Positions 26,634 to 36,454 of a stretch of DNA of 64,000 bases are shown piece by piece (positions within the stretch are counted from its first letter, which is position 1; every line of letters begins with the position of its first letter). The position numbers and the translations under genes were made by a program. Under the pieces are notes generated by a model. That model worked only from the letters and a program-made list of their open reading frames with translations. It made no database searches and was not told the origin of the DNA. The stretch is taken from NCBI GenBank assembly GCA_023511535.1, contig JAIMBK010000002.1, positions 1,900 to 65,899 on the forward strand, in the 5' to 3' direction. This DNA comes from Armatimonadota bacterium (lineage in GTDB: Bacteria > Bacillota > Desulfotomaculia > Desulfotomaculales > Nap2-2B).

Positions 26634-28843
26634 TACCTGCGCGCCTCCCTGGCCCGCGCCGGACGCCTGTGGGGAGCTCCCGCGCCGGGGGTGCGCCTGG
26701 GCTCCGCCGGCAGAGCATCTTTGCGGGAAAGGCGCAACCGTCCCTGGTTGTCGTAGCCCAGCACCTTGACCACGATGGTATCGCCTTCCTTCACCACGTC
26801 TTCCACCTTGTTGACGCGCTGGTGCGCCAGCTGCGAGATGTGGACCAGACCCTCCTTTCCGGGCAGGCCCAGGACTCCCGGAATAATTTCCACGAAACAC
26901 CCGAAATCGGTTACCCGGGTGACTTTTCCGGTGTAGATGGCGCCGGTAACGACTTCCTTCGTCAGGCTTTCGATAATTTCCATCGCCCGCCGGCCCCCCT
27001 TGGGGTCAACGGCGGCGATAAAAACCCGGCCGTCGTCTTCAATATCGATTTCGGCGTTGGTTTCTTCAATGATCTTTTTAATAATCCGGCCTCCGGGACC
27101 GATGACGTCCCTGATTTTATCCGGATCGATTACCATGTGCAGGATGCGCGGCGCATACGGCGACAGTTCCGGGCGGTAGGCGGGAATGACTTCCAGCATC
27201 TTCTGCAGGATGTACATCCGCCCCTCGTGGGCCTGGGCCAGGGCCTTCGCCAGGATTTCCTTCGTCACCCCGGGAATTTTGATATCCATCTGCAGGGCCG
27301 TTACCCCGCCGGCCGAACCGGCCACTTTAAAATCCATGTCCCCCAGGTGGTCTTCAATCCCCTGGATGTCCGTCAACACGGCCACTTCGTCGCCCTCTTT
27401 CACCAGGCCCATGGCCACCCCGGAAACCGGGGCCTTGATCGGCACGCCCGCGTCCATCAGGCTTAAACAGCTGCCGCAAACGCTCCCCATGGACGTGGAG
27501 CCGTTGGATTCCAGGACCTCGGACACAATCCGGATGGTGTAGGGAAAGACGTCTTCCCCCGGAATAACCGCCTCCAGCGCCCGCTCGGCCAGCGCGCCGT
27601 GCCCGATCTCCCGGCGCCCCGGGGACCGGATGGGCCTTACCTCCCCGGTGCTGTACGGCGGGAAATTGTAGTGGTGCATGAACCGCTTGGTCTCCTCCAC
27701 GTCCAGCCCGTCTAAAATCTGCTCGTCGGAAATGGGGCCCAGGGTCACGGTGGAAAGTACCTGCGTTTGCCCCCGCCGGAAAAGGGCCGATCCGTGCGTC
27801 CGGGGCAAGAGCCCCACCTCGATGGCCAGCGGGCGAACCTCGTCCAGGGTCCGGCCGTCGATGCGGATTTTGTGTTTGATAATGAACTCCCGGACGACTT
27901 TCTTTTCGGTGTTTTCCAAAACCTTTTGAATGCTTTTCTCTTCTTCGGGAAAGGTTTCTAAATACGCCTGCGCCAGCCGGGTTTTCACTTCTTCGAAGAA
28001 TTTTTCCCTTTCTTTTTTGTCCAGCCTTTCGGCGATGCAGCGCTGCACCGCGGCCCTGATTTTTTCCTCCGCCTCGCCGGCGATGGCCTGCTCCACCTCT
28101 GGATTAATTTCCTCGATTACCGGCTCGAACTTCGGCTTCGCCAGGCCGAGGGCCAGGGCTTCTTCCCGGAAAGCTTTTATAAAATTGACAATTTCTTTAA
28201 TCTTTTCGTGTCCGTAAGCAATTCCTTCGATAATGGTTTCCTCGGGCACCTCCCGGGCGCCGGCCTCCACCATCATTACGGCCTCCTCCGTGCCCGCCAC
28301 GACGAGATGCAGCTGATTTTTTTCCGCCTGGGCCAGGGTGGGGTTGAGGACAAACTGCCCGTCCACCAGACCCACGATCACGCCGCCGATGGGCCCGCCG
28401 AAAGGAATTTCGCTGATGTGCAGGGCGGCGGAAGCCCCGATCATAGCAGTGATCTCCGGCGCGTTGTCCTGGTCGACGGAGAGGACGGTTGCTACCACCT
28501 GCACCTCGTTCCGGAAGCCTTTAGGGAAAAGCGGGCGGATGGGGCGGTCAATCAGGCGGGCGCTCAAAATGGCCTTTTCGCTGGGCCGGCCTTCGCGCTT
28601 GATGAATCCGCCGGGGATCCGGCCCACCGCGTAAAGCCTCTCTTCATAATCCACCGTCAGCGGGAAAAAATCGATTCCTTCGCGGATCTCCGGCGCCATG
28701 GTGGCCGTGACCAGCACCACTGTATCGCCGTACCGGACCAGAACGGAGCCGCCGGCCTGCCGGGCCACTTTGCCCAGCTGCAGGGTCAGCCGCCGGCCCC
28801 CGATCTCGATTTCCTTTTCCAGGATTTTTTGTTCTTCAGACAT
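26633..28843 (-). CDS. pnp: polyribonucleotide nucleotidyltransferase (PNPase)
   Basis: Full-length PNPase: two RNase PH domains, KH and S1 ('[15 protein letters not shown]'), plus a basic C-terminal tail. Confidence 0.97.
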   Translation of the reverse strand: MSEEQKILEKEIEIGGRRLTLQLGKVARQAGGSVLVRYGDTVVLVTATMAPEIREGIDFFPLTVDYEERLYAVGRIPGGFIKREGRPSEKAILSARLIDRPIRPLFPKGFRNEVQVVATVLSVDQDNAPEITAMIGASAALHISEIPFGGPIGGVIVGLVDGQFVLNPTLAQAEKNQLHLVVAGTEEAVMMVEAGAREVPEETIIEGIAYGHEKIKEIVNFIKAFREEALALGLAKPKFEPVIEEINPEVEQAIAGEAEEKIRAAVQRCIAERLDKKEREKFFEEVKTRLAQAYLETFPEEEKSIQKVLENTEKKVVREFIIKHKIRIDGRTLDEVRPLAIEVGLLPRTHGSALFRRGQTQVLSTVTLGPISDEQILDGLDVEETKRFMHHYNFPPYSTGEVRPIRSPGRREIGHGALAERALEAVIPGEDVFPYTIRIVSEVLESNGSTSMGSVCGSCLSLMDAGVPIKAPVSGVAMGLVKEGDEVAVLTDIQGIEDHLGDMDFKVAGSAGGVTALQMDIKIPGVTKEILAKALAQAHEGRMYILQKMLEVIPAYRPELSPYAPRILHMVIDPDKIRDVIGPGGRIIKKIIEETNAEIDIEDDGRVFIAAVDPKGGRRAMEIIESLTKEVVTGAIYTGKVTRVTDFGCFVEIIPGVLGLPGKEGLVHISQLAHQRVNKVEDVVKEGDTIVVKVLGYDNQGRLRLSRKDALPAEPRRTPGAGAPHRRPARAREARR

Positions 28844-28910
28844 AAAAAATTAAACCTCCTGTTTTCTCTTCATTTTATTATCTCTCCTGATTTATTATCT
28901 CCTTCGGCGC

Positions 28911-28944
28911 AAAATTTTAGAAAAAGCGGGGTTAACCCCCGCTT
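28911..28944 (-). terminator. rho-independent terminator/attenuator between rpsO and pnp
   Basis: Minus strand AAGCGGGG-gttaa-CCCCGCTT followed by TTTTCTAAAATTTT. Confidence 0.65.
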
Positions 28945-28957
28945 CTCCCATCATTAC

Positions 28958-29227
28958 CTACCTGCGCAGACCTAACTTTTCAATCAACGTGCGGTAACGT
29001 TCGAAATTACGCTCCCGCAGGTAATTCAACAGCGCCCGCCGGTGGCCGACCATCTTTAAAAGCCCGCGCCGGGAATGGAAATCTTTTTTATGGATTTTCA
29101 GGTGCTCGGTAAGGTTGTTGATGCGCCGGGTTAAAAGAGCCACCTGCACTTCCGGCGAGCCGGTATCGTTTTCGTGCAATTTATACATTTCGATGACTGC
29201 CTGCTTCTCCGTTGCTGTAAAGGCCAT
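28958..29227 (-). CDS. rpsO: 30S ribosomal protein S15
   Basis: '[43 protein letters not shown]' is a canonical S15 sequence. Confidence 0.97.
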   Translation of the reverse strand: MAFTATEKQAVIEMYKLHENDTGSPEVQVALLTRRINNLTEHLKIHKKDFHSRRGLLKMVGHRRALLNYLRERNFERYRTLIEKLGLRR

Positions 29228-29318
29228 TTGTTCACCTCCCCGTAACCTGACCTAATCGCTGCCGGCTAAGTGAACCGTCGCCGCAGCGGCGCCGGCGACG
29301 CGTTACCTGGCTGGCAGT

Positions 29319-29540
29319 TCATTTCCCAATAATTGTAATCACCAGCCGGCCGTCGGGAATATCCTTGGCGACCAGATCGAAGACCCGGCCCGATTTGGCC
29401 AGGAAGCCCCGAAAACGGGTGGCCGTCGGGATCCGCCCCGGGATGCCGCCGGCGGCGTTAATGATGTCCGCCACCGTGATTTTATCCTGACGCAAGTCGT
29501 TCAGCCTTTTGCGGGCGTGTTCGGTGATGATGACGCGCAT
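29319..29540 (-). CDS. DUF4258-like small protein (putative toxin), 73 aa
   Basis: 'MRVIITEHARKRLNDL...' matches the I-x-T-x-HA-x-x-R N-terminus of DUF4258. Paralogous pattern at 35214-35471. Confidence 0.5.
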   Translation of the reverse strand: MRVIITEHARKRLNDLRQDKITVADIINAAGGIPGRIPTATRFRGFLAKSGRVFDLVAKDIPDGRLVITIIGK

Positions 29541-29541
29541 C

Positions 29542-29769
29542 TTACAAAAGGCCCCCGAGCGAAAAGAGATTGTCTTCTTCCTGGGCCAAAAAGGCGTAGA
29601 GGGCGTCCTGAAAAGCGGTAATGGCCGGGTCTTCCAGATTCGCCTGCCGGTAAATCTGCTCCAGCTCGTTTTTGAGTTCCTGGAACTCCTCGCTTAAGCA
29701 GATCAGGGCAATGGACCGGGCCCACTTTTTTATTTCCTCTTCCGGGGAATCAAACCGGGGCACCCCCAT
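29542..29769 (-). CDS. hypothetical 75-aa acidic protein (putative antitoxin partner)
   Basis: AAGGAGA lies 6 nt upstream of ATG 29769 and the gene abuts the downstream gene. The ORF-track 135-aa version has an unsupported N-terminal extension. Confidence 0.45.
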   Translation of the reverse strand: MGVPRFDSPEEEIKKWARSIALICLSEEFQELKNELEQIYRQANLEDPAITAFQDALYAFLAQEEDNLFSLGGLL

Positions 29770-29951
29770 GAAACGTCTCCTTTCCCGGGGCAGGGGGACT
29801 CTAACAGTGATCATTGTAGCATAATTGCGGGGAGAAGTAAACTTTCTTTCGGAAGACATTTGTATTTGCAAAACCAGGCCCGGGATTACCAGACCTGGTT
29901 TTGCATTTTCAGTGTGACCGGACCTCTGATGTTCCGCGTCCACCCCCAAAA

Positions 29952-30464
29952 CTACACATTGCTCAACGCACGGTGCAAGACGTCGAACCGCCGCTGTCCG
30001 CTGTAGTCGTCTACCTCTTCGTAAACCAGGGCCCCGGTCGGGCAGGCGCGTACGCAGGCCGGTATCCCCGTTTCATCCCGGCACTCCCGGTCGCACTTCA
30101 GGGCCATGGTACCATCCGCATCGCTACGAATTACACCATACGGGCAGACCATAACGCACATCCAGCAGGCAGTGCACTGCTGGACGCCGCCTACATTGGT
30201 CACGGTACCGTCCTCCTGCCGGTGCATGGCCCCGGCTATGCAGGCGTCAATACAGGGGGCATCCTGGCAGTGGCGGCAGTTCAGGGGGGCTTTGTGCTCA
30301 CCCACCTGGTGGACAAAAATGCGGGCGCGGGGTTTTTCACCGTTCAACACGGCGCCCAAGAGGCTGCCGGCGCTGGAGTGGGCCACGGCGCAGGCCAGGT
30401 GGCAGGAACGGCAGCCCAGGCAACGGTCGAAACGGATTAAGACTTCTTTCGGCATTCTGCTCAC
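29952..30464 (-). CDS. cooF: CooF-like 4Fe-4S ferredoxin-type electron-transfer protein
   Basis: Multiple CxxCxxCxxxC(P) motifs ('CLGCRSCHLAC', 'CRHCQDAPCIDAC', 'CTACWMCVMVCP', 'CVRACP'). Directly downstream of cooS. Confidence 0.8.
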   Translation of the reverse strand: MSRMPKEVLIRFDRCLGCRSCHLACAVAHSSAGSLLGAVLNGEKPRARIFVHQVGEHKAPLNCRHCQDAPCIDACIAGAMHRQEDGTVTNVGGVQQCTACWMCVMVCPYGVIRSDADGTMALKCDRECRDETGIPACVRACPTGALVYEEVDDYSGQRRFDVLHRALSNV

Positions 30465-30467
30465 CCC

Positions 30468-32330
30468 CTAAATGCCCAGAGCGGCCCGTTTAGCATCAAT
30501 ATGAGCGATGATTAATTCAGCTGCTTTGAAGGGGTCTGTTTCCACCGCAAAATAACCGCCCACCAGATCCCTTGCCTGCCTGGTAAGCAGATCCGCCACC
30601 ACGTTGCTCCCCAAAACGGGAGGTACCGTGCCTAAAACGGTGAAAATTCCGGAAGCAACCACATAGGCACCGATGCTTACCGCCTTTTCCGACATCCACT
30701 CGGGCGCCGCCCCGGCCACCGGGAGGTCGGCAATGTCCACGCCTAGTTCTCTGGCCAGTGCTGCGGCAACCGTCAGAATCCGGCTGATGTCTACACAGGA
30801 ACCCATGTGTAAAACAGGAGGCACGCCAAGCGCCCGGCAAACTTCCGCCAGGCCCGCGCCGGCCAGCTCCGCCGCCTCCGGTAGAAGCAGCCCCGCCTTG
30901 GCGCTGGCAATGGCCGCGCAGCCGGTTTCGATTACCAGCACGTCCCGGGCAATCAGGGCTTTCGCCATGTTCACATGGTTGTAATCATGGGTAACTTTCG
31001 GGTTATTGCAACCCACCAGAGCGGCAATTCCCCTGATCTTTTTGTTTTTCACGGCCTCTATGAGCGGGGTAAGGGTACCGCCCAGGGCGCTTAAAATAGC
31101 CTCCACACTGAAACCGGCCACGTATTCAGCGGTTTCTTCGGGAATAAAGACACGGTTTTTGTTCCGGTTGGGATAATTTTCGATGGCCTGACGAATAATT
31201 TCGCGGGCGGTTTCCATAGCGTTATGTTCATGAAACGGGATATGAATGGCTCCGGGGAATTTTGCCTTAGGCGAGGTGGAGATAAACTTTGTATGGTAGC
31301 AGGCAGCCAGCTGACCGAGGGCGGGCATGATGCACTGCACGTCAACCACAACCGCCTCCAGGGCCCCGGTAATTACTGCCAGTTCCTGCTGGAGGAAATT
31401 GCCGGCGACGGGAATGCCGTGGCGCATGAGAATTTCGTTGCCGGTACAGCACATCCCCACCAGGTTGATGCCGCTGGCTCCTTCGGCCCCGGCGGCGGAA
31501 ATTAAGTCGGGATCCTGTGCCGCCGCCACCAGCATCTCCGACAGGACGGGCTCGTGGCCGTGGACGAGAATATTCACCGCCTCTTTACTGATGACGCCCA
31601 GGTTGCTCCGGCCCCTCACCGGGCGGGGAGTGCCGAATAAAACATCGGAAAACTCCGTGGCCAGCAACGAACCGCCCCAACCGTCAGAGAGGCTGCAGCG
31701 CAGGCCGTGCAAAATGAGATTGGCCGGGTCGTTGTCCACGCCAACGTGGGTACGGTGCATGGCTTCCACCACTTCCCGGTCGATCCCGCGGGGGGTGATG
31801 CCTAGCTTTCCCCATATTTCTTTGCGTTTTTGGGGAACCCGGTCAACGGCCTGCAGGTAACCTTTCCTGGTCCCGAACTCCTCCAGAGCTGTTTCCGCCA
31901 GTTTTCCAGCTATGTCTTGAACCGTCTTCCCTTCGGTGGGAATGTCAAATTCCCGGGCCAGGGCCTTAAGTTTATTTTCATCTTTAATGGTATAATCCCT
32001 GATCTCCCCGGCAGCAACTCCCCTCAGGGTTTCGATAATGTCCCGTCCGTGGTCCGAATGCGCTGCCGCTCCGGCGGCAATCATCCTTAGCAGGTTTCGC
32101 GCCACTATAATATCACCTGTAGCCCCGCAAACTCCTTTCTGCGGACCATCTCCAAAGGGGTCGATGCGGCATGGGCCCATGTTACAGTTCCGGCAACAAA
32201 GACCCAGTTCGCCAAAACCGCACCGGGGCTGCTGCGCCAGGTAACGATCCCAGGCGGTTTGAAGACCTTCCTCACGGGCAATTTTAAGCATCTGCAGGGA
32301 AGCCGGGTCAATTGAACTGGTACCCTTCAT
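30468..32330 (-). CDS. cooS: anaerobic Ni-Fe carbon-monoxide dehydrogenase catalytic subunit
   Basis: 'CGFGELGLCCRNCNMGPCRI' cluster B/D motifs and full-length CooS similarity. Start at Met64 of the ORF (AAAGGAGAGG RBS). Confidence 0.95.
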   Translation of the reverse strand: MKGTSSIDPASLQMLKIAREEGLQTAWDRYLAQQPRCGFGELGLCCRNCNMGPCRIDPFGDGPQKGVCGATGDIIVARNLLRMIAAGAAAHSDHGRDIIETLRGVAAGEIRDYTIKDENKLKALAREFDIPTEGKTVQDIAGKLAETALEEFGTRKGYLQAVDRVPQKRKEIWGKLGITPRGIDREVVEAMHRTHVGVDNDPANLILHGLRCSLSDGWGGSLLATEFSDVLFGTPRPVRGRSNLGVISKEAVNILVHGHEPVLSEMLVAAAQDPDLISAAGAEGASGINLVGMCCTGNEILMRHGIPVAGNFLQQELAVITGALEAVVVDVQCIMPALGQLAACYHTKFISTSPKAKFPGAIHIPFHEHNAMETAREIIRQAIENYPNRNKNRVFIPEETAEYVAGFSVEAILSALGGTLTPLIEAVKNKKIRGIAALVGCNNPKVTHDYNHVNMAKALIARDVLVIETGCAAIASAKAGLLLPEAAELAGAGLAEVCRALGVPPVLHMGSCVDISRILTVAAALARELGVDIADLPVAGAAPEWMSEKAVSIGAYVVASGIFTVLGTVPPVLGSNVVADLLTRQARDLVGGYFAVETDPFKAAELIIAHIDAKRAALGI

Positions 32331-32401
32331 GGAATACCTCTCCTTTCTGCAAATTTGATCTTTCTGGATTCCCGGGCGGTATCTTAAGCGGCATCTTAAT
32401 T

Positions 32402-33688
32402 TTATGTAGCAGTATTTATGTAGCTGCTCTGACTGAGATCCCTTTTCCCTTGTTCTAAAAGGGTTCCTAAAGAGACGCTTCCCACCTGACCTTCCAGCAA
32501 CTGCCGGCGGTAAGCCCACGCCGGGCGGCCCGATTTCACCAGGGCCGTGTACACACCCGCGCCATCCACCTTACCGGCCAGGATGAAGCCCGTCAGACGC
32601 TCCCCGTCAAAGACCAGCCGCCGGTAAGTACGGTCCAGGGGATCATCTTGGGCCAGCACCTCTTCACCTTCCAGGTTCCCCACCGAAACCACGTCCACCC
32701 CACCAAAGCGGGCGCTGTTCAGCCTGGTGAGGGGAGCCGGGTAGGGACGGGTCATACCCAGCATATTGGCCGCCGCGTAGCGCCCCTGCTCAAAGGCCAG
32801 CGTCCACAGGGCTGAATTGACCTTCTGCCCGGTTAACCGGTCGGTTACCTGGATACAATCTCCCGCCGCATAAACATTCTCCAGGGAAGTGCGCATGTTG
32901 CCGTCCACCACAATACCTTGTCCCACCCTGCCGCCGGCCTTCTCCACCAGGCCGCTGTTCGGGCGCACACCCTTGGCCACCACGGCCAGCTCCGCGGGGA
33001 GTTCCCGGCCGTTTTCCAGTTCCGCCCCCGTCAGGAGGCCCCGGGATCCGGCGGCAAAGGCTTTTACCCGGGCGTTATAGATAAAATTGATACCCGCATT
33101 GAGCAGTTCCCGCTCCACCATGGCCGCCGCCCTTTCATCCAGCTGCCGGATGAGCAACCGCGGGCTGGTGATCACCACGGTAACCCGTTTCAGGCCCGCC
33201 TGTTTCAAGGCGAGGGCCGCCTTTAACCCCACCAGCCCGCCGCCCGCCACCACCGCCCCGGAAACCCGCGGGACCAGGGCGGACAGCCGCCGGGCATCAT
33301 GCAGGGTGCGCAGGGTAAAAACCCCTTCTGCCTTAGCCCCCGGCACCGCCGGGAGCACCGGACTGGCCCCGGTGGCCACCAGCAGGCGGTCGTAGCTCAG
33401 TTCCCGGCCGTCCCGCAAAACCAGCCTTTTCTCCCGGGGCCGTACCTCCACCGCCGCCACCCCGGCCAGCAGCTCCACCTCCAGCCGCCGGTAAAATTCC
33501 GCCGGCCGTAGCCTGATGGAATATTCTGTACTTTTGCCCGCCAATAAATCCGGCAACAAGCAACGGGAGTAGGCCCCCGTAAGCTCATCGCTTACGACGG
33601 TAATGCGGTGCTGGTGGCCGCCCAGGTGACGCATGGTCTCTACGGCCGCCACCCCCGCCGCACTGTTGCCTATAATCACAAAATGCAA
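32402..33688 (-). CDS. FAD/NAD(P)-dependent pyridine nucleotide-disulfide-family oxidoreductase (CODH-associated)
   Basis: 'VIIGNSAAGVAA' and 'AVVAGGGLVGLKAA' dinucleotide-binding motifs and 'YAAGDC'. First gene of the cooS cluster. Confidence 0.85.
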   Translation of the reverse strand: MHFVIIGNSAAGVAAVETMRHLGGHQHRITVVSDELTGAYSRCLLPDLLAGKSTEYSIRLRPAEFYRRLEVELLAGVAAVEVRPREKRLVLRDGRELSYDRLLVATGASPVLPAVPGAKAEGVFTLRTLHDARRLSALVPRVSGAVVAGGGLVGLKAALALKQAGLKRVTVVITSPRLLIRQLDERAAAMVERELLNAGINFIYNARVKAFAAGSRGLLTGAELENGRELPAELAVVAKGVRPNSGLVEKAGGRVGQGIVVDGNMRTSLENVYAAGDCIQVTDRLTGQKVNSALWTLAFEQGRYAAANMLGMTRPYPAPLTRLNSARFGGVDVVSVGNLEGEEVLAQDDPLDRTYRRLVFDGERLTGFILAGKVDGAGVYTALVKSGRPAWAYRRQLLEGQVGSVSLGTLLEQGKRDLSQSSYINTAT

Positions 33689-34010
33689 CTACTCACCCCC
33701 TTATTCAGGTCTAAAACTGTAATTTCCGGCGAGGTTTGGAAACTTAAAGCCCGCCTTAATTATAAACCTGAATTAATCTAACCAACAATACATGCTTCCC
33801 CGACGGCATCGCCGAAGAGATATCCAGGGCTCACCAGGGAACATGTTAAACTTTCATGCTTGATCGAACCAGAATATGTTACATATAAAATAAAGGATCC
33901 GCTGTAGTGGCAATCAGCACACTTTTGTTTTCGTATTTCCAGGTTTGATGCGGGTTTACGCCAGGTGAACTGATAAAATTTCTAATAAGTTGTCCATAGC
34001 AAATTGATAA

Positions 34011-34937
34011 TTAATTAATCTCTCGCGCCTTTAAAATATCCTGCTTAATCTGGGCGACCAAATCCTGGGGGGAAGCAAAACGTTTTTCCCCGCGGAGGCG
34101 CCGGATAAAATGGACCTGGATGGATTTCCCGTAAAGATCCCCTTGAAAGTCGAGGAGGTGCACTTCGATGTTCGGCCGGGCGTTCTGTCCGTAAAAGGTC
34201 GGCCGCATGCCGACGTTGGCCACCCCCAGGAAAATGTCCCCGTGGACCGGCACCCGCACAGAATATACGCCGTTGGCCGGAACCAGCACTCTGCCGTCCG
34301 GCTCCAGGTTGGCCGTCGGGAAGCCCAGCGTGCTCCCCCGCCGGTCACCGGCCACCACGACGCCTTCCACGAAGGGAAAATAGCCCAGGTACCGGGCGGC
34401 CTCCGCCACTTCCCCGGCTTTAAGCAATTGCCTGATCAGCGTGCTGCTGACGACCTGTCCATCGACGATCACCGGGGGGATGACGTGCAGGGTATAATTG
34501 CATTTTTCGCTGTACTCCCGGAGAAGAGCAGGCGTTCCCTTCCCCCGGCAGCCGAAAGTATAGTTGTAGCCGACAAAAACGGCGCGGACGCCTAAGCCCT
34601 GCCCGAGAATTTTTTCAATAAAATCTTCCGGGGTGGTGCGGGCGAAATCAACGGTGAAAGGAACCCGTAAAAGAACGTCCACGCCCAGGCGGGCGATCAT
34701 GTTCTCTTTGGCCTCGCGGGTCAAAAGCAGGGGAGGGGCGTTTTCGGGATGGAGAACGGCCGCCGGGTGGGGATGGAAGGTAAAGATCAGGGAGCAACCG
34801 CGCATTTTTTTTGCGTGCGCGACCAGTTCGCGAATCAATTTCTGGTGGCCCAGGTGCACCCCGTCAAAGTTGCCCAGGCCGACGGCCAGCCGCGGATATT
34901 TATCTTTGATGTTTTGCCAGGTCTCGTACACTTCCAC
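34011..34937 (-). CDS. ribF: bifunctional riboflavin kinase / FMN adenylyltransferase
   Basis: 'GNFDGVHLGHQKLI', 'TFHPHP' and C-terminal kinase 'GFPTANL...'. Confidence 0.95.
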   Translation of the reverse strand: MEVYETWQNIKDKYPRLAVGLGNFDGVHLGHQKLIRELVAHAKKMRGCSLIFTFHPHPAAVLHPENAPPLLLTREAKENMIARLGVDVLLRVPFTVDFARTTPEDFIEKILGQGLGVRAVFVGYNYTFGCRGKGTPALLREYSEKCNYTLHVIPPVIVDGQVVSSTLIRQLLKAGEVAEAARYLGYFPFVEGVVVAGDRRGSTLGFPTANLEPDGRVLVPANGVYSVRVPVHGDIFLGVANVGMRPTFYGQNARPNIEVHLLDFQGDLYGKSIQVHFIRRLRGEKRFASPQDLVAQIKQDILKAREIN

Positions 34938-34982
34938 CTGTTCCTCAAACCCCCAAAGTTTTGCCTAAATTTAACCAGAGAG

Positions 34983-35009
34983 GGCACAGAGAGCACGGAG
35001 TGCATAAGG
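34983..35009 (-). repeat. TTTGTGCC-family array in the ribF leader
   Basis: Plus strand GGCACAGAG AGCACGGAG TGCATAAGG. In sense orientation relative to ribF (start 34937). Confidence 0.65.
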
Positions 35010-35023
35010 ATCTGCAATATGGA

Positions 35024-35230
35024 TTAAATTGCTACCTCCATGCTTCCTTTTAACGAAGCCTTAATTACTTCCGCCAAAAATTCGCTTGCCTCGAGGATTT
35101 CAACAAGCACAGGCTCCCCTTCCTTGGTGAAATGAATGATCATCGATCCCGTTTCTTCGGCATAATCGATTTTTTTATCGGAAAGCTCAATTAATAATAT
35201 ATCAACTTGTTTGTCATACTTTACTTTCAT
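35024..35230 (-). CDS. DUF2283-family small protein (putative antitoxin)
   Basis: 'MKVKYDKQVDILLIELSDKKIDYAEE' is a typical DUF2283 N-terminus. Visibly low GC. Confidence 0.7.
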   Translation of the reverse strand: MKVKYDKQVDILLIELSDKKIDYAEETGSMIIHFTKEGEPVLVEILEASEFLAEVIKASLKGSMEVAI

Positions 35231-35471
35231 ATCTTTTCCTCCTTGCCGGATAAAAGGTTACCACCACAATTTTATCTTTAGCTTTTTCATAGACAACCCT
35301 CAGAAGATGTTCGTCATCAATAATTATCTCGGATATTTTCCGCCCGCGCTTTCCCTTCTTAATTCTTTCAGGGCTTTCGATTGCTTTGATTATATCATTT
35401 TCGGCGATGGGAAAACCGTGATTTTTCAAAATGGCAAATTTCTCTTTTGCGTGGTCGGTGAAGATAATCAT
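35214..35471 (-). CDS. DUF4258-family small protein (putative toxin)
   Basis: 'MIIFTDHAKEKFAILKNHGF' matches the DUF4258 pattern. Overlaps the downstream DUF2283 gene and is low GC. Start set at Met13 of the ORF. Confidence 0.65.
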   Translation of the reverse strand: MIIFTDHAKEKFAILKNHGFPIAENDIIKAIESPERIKKGKRGRKISEIIIDDEHLLRVVYEKAKDKIVVVTFYPARRKRYESKV

Positions 35472-35515
35472 TAAAAAGCTCGTCCTCTTTTCCTGTTCTT
35501 CACTCAAGGTAAGAA

Positions 35516-36454
35516 CTACAAAACTGTTTCCGGTTGAAAATAAGGTTTCCCCGTTGGGTCTTCCCGCTTGCGGGCGACGGCCAGCAGATCGCCGCCGGCA
35601 AGCAATCTGAACGGCCGGCCGCTCTCTAAACGATCTATTTCATCGCCGGATCCCGCAACGCCGGGCAGGTACAGCCGGTTGCCGGATTTTACGGCCGGGA
35701 CGGCGGTCGGTTTCACCTGCACGGCCGGCAGGTGGGCCAGCGCTTCGGCCGGACTCACCAGCACGCCGGGCAGGCCGCCCCGCCGGTGCAGCGCGGCGAT
35801 TTCCTCCAGCGGCAAAGCGTTTTCTAAGGTAAAGGGACCGGCCCTGGTTCGCACCAGCGCGCTCATGTGGGCGCCGCAGCCCAGTTTTTCCCCCAGGTCA
35901 ATACAGAGCGAACGGACGTAGGTCCCGGCCGAGCAGGAAAGTTCGAGTACGGCGCGGGGCGTTGCGGTGCCCAAACCGGAAACGCCAACCAGCCGCAGGT
36001 CAAAAATCATCACCGGACGGGGTTTTCGTTCTACTTCCAGACCCTGCCGGGCCAGCTCGTAAAGCCTTTTCCCCTGGTGCCAGACGGCCGAGGTCATGGG
36101 TGGAACCTGTTCAAGGGGGCCTTGAAAATGCTTGAGGGCGGCAAACAACTCTTCTTCGCTCAGGGCGGAAGCGTCGGCGGTGCGCACTACGTTACCGAAG
36201 CTGTCGCCCGTGGCGGTGGCAACTCCGAAGGTAACTTCCGCCCGGTAAGCCTTGTCGCCTGGCAGATAACGGATGATGCGGGTGGCCCTGCCCAGGCAGA
36301 CCGGCAGCACCCCGGTCGCCCCCGGGTCCAGCGTGCCCGTGTGGCCCGCTTTTTTTGCCCCGGTCAAACGGCGCAGATAGTCGACTACGTCGTGGGAGGT
36401 CATTCCGGGGGGCTTATGCACAATTAAAATACCATCCAGAGCCGCGGTCATCAA
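35516..36454 (-). CDS. truB: tRNA pseudouridine(55) synthase
   Basis: 'GILIVHKPPGMTSHDVV' and 'GHTGTLDPGATGVLPV' TruB motifs. Confidence 0.95.
   Translation of the reverse strand: MMTAALDGILIVHKPPGMTSHDVVDYLRRLTGAKKAGHTGTLDPGATGVLPVCLGRATRIIRYLPGDKAYRAEVTFGVATATGDSFGNVVRTADASALSEEELFAALKHFQGPLEQVPPMTSAVWHQGKRLYELARQGLEVERKPRPVMIFDLRLVGVSGLGTATPRAVLELSCSAGTYVRSLCIDLGEKLGCGAHMSALVRTRAGPFTLENALPLEEIAALHRRGGLPGVLVSPAEALAHLPAVQVKPTAVPAVKSGNRLYLPGVAGSGDEIDRLESGRPFRLLAGGDLLAVARKREDPTGKPYFQPETVL

Noticed and set aside
26405-27466. 353-aa plus-strand ORF (and several others at 26.9-29.0 kb) antisense to pnp
   Set aside because: Lies antisense to an unambiguous PNPase gene. The composition is that of a mirror frame and no motifs are present.
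30468-32519. Long N-terminal extensions in ORF-track models (cooS; also asd 5779-6906, dapG 4545-5834, nusA 41086-42228, hydrogenase small subunit 62063-63328, DUF1156 44184-46583)
   Set aside because: The extensions overlap upstream genes or are low-complexity. Internal starts with good Shine-Dalgarno sequences coincide with the family-typical N-termini, so the starts were trimmed.
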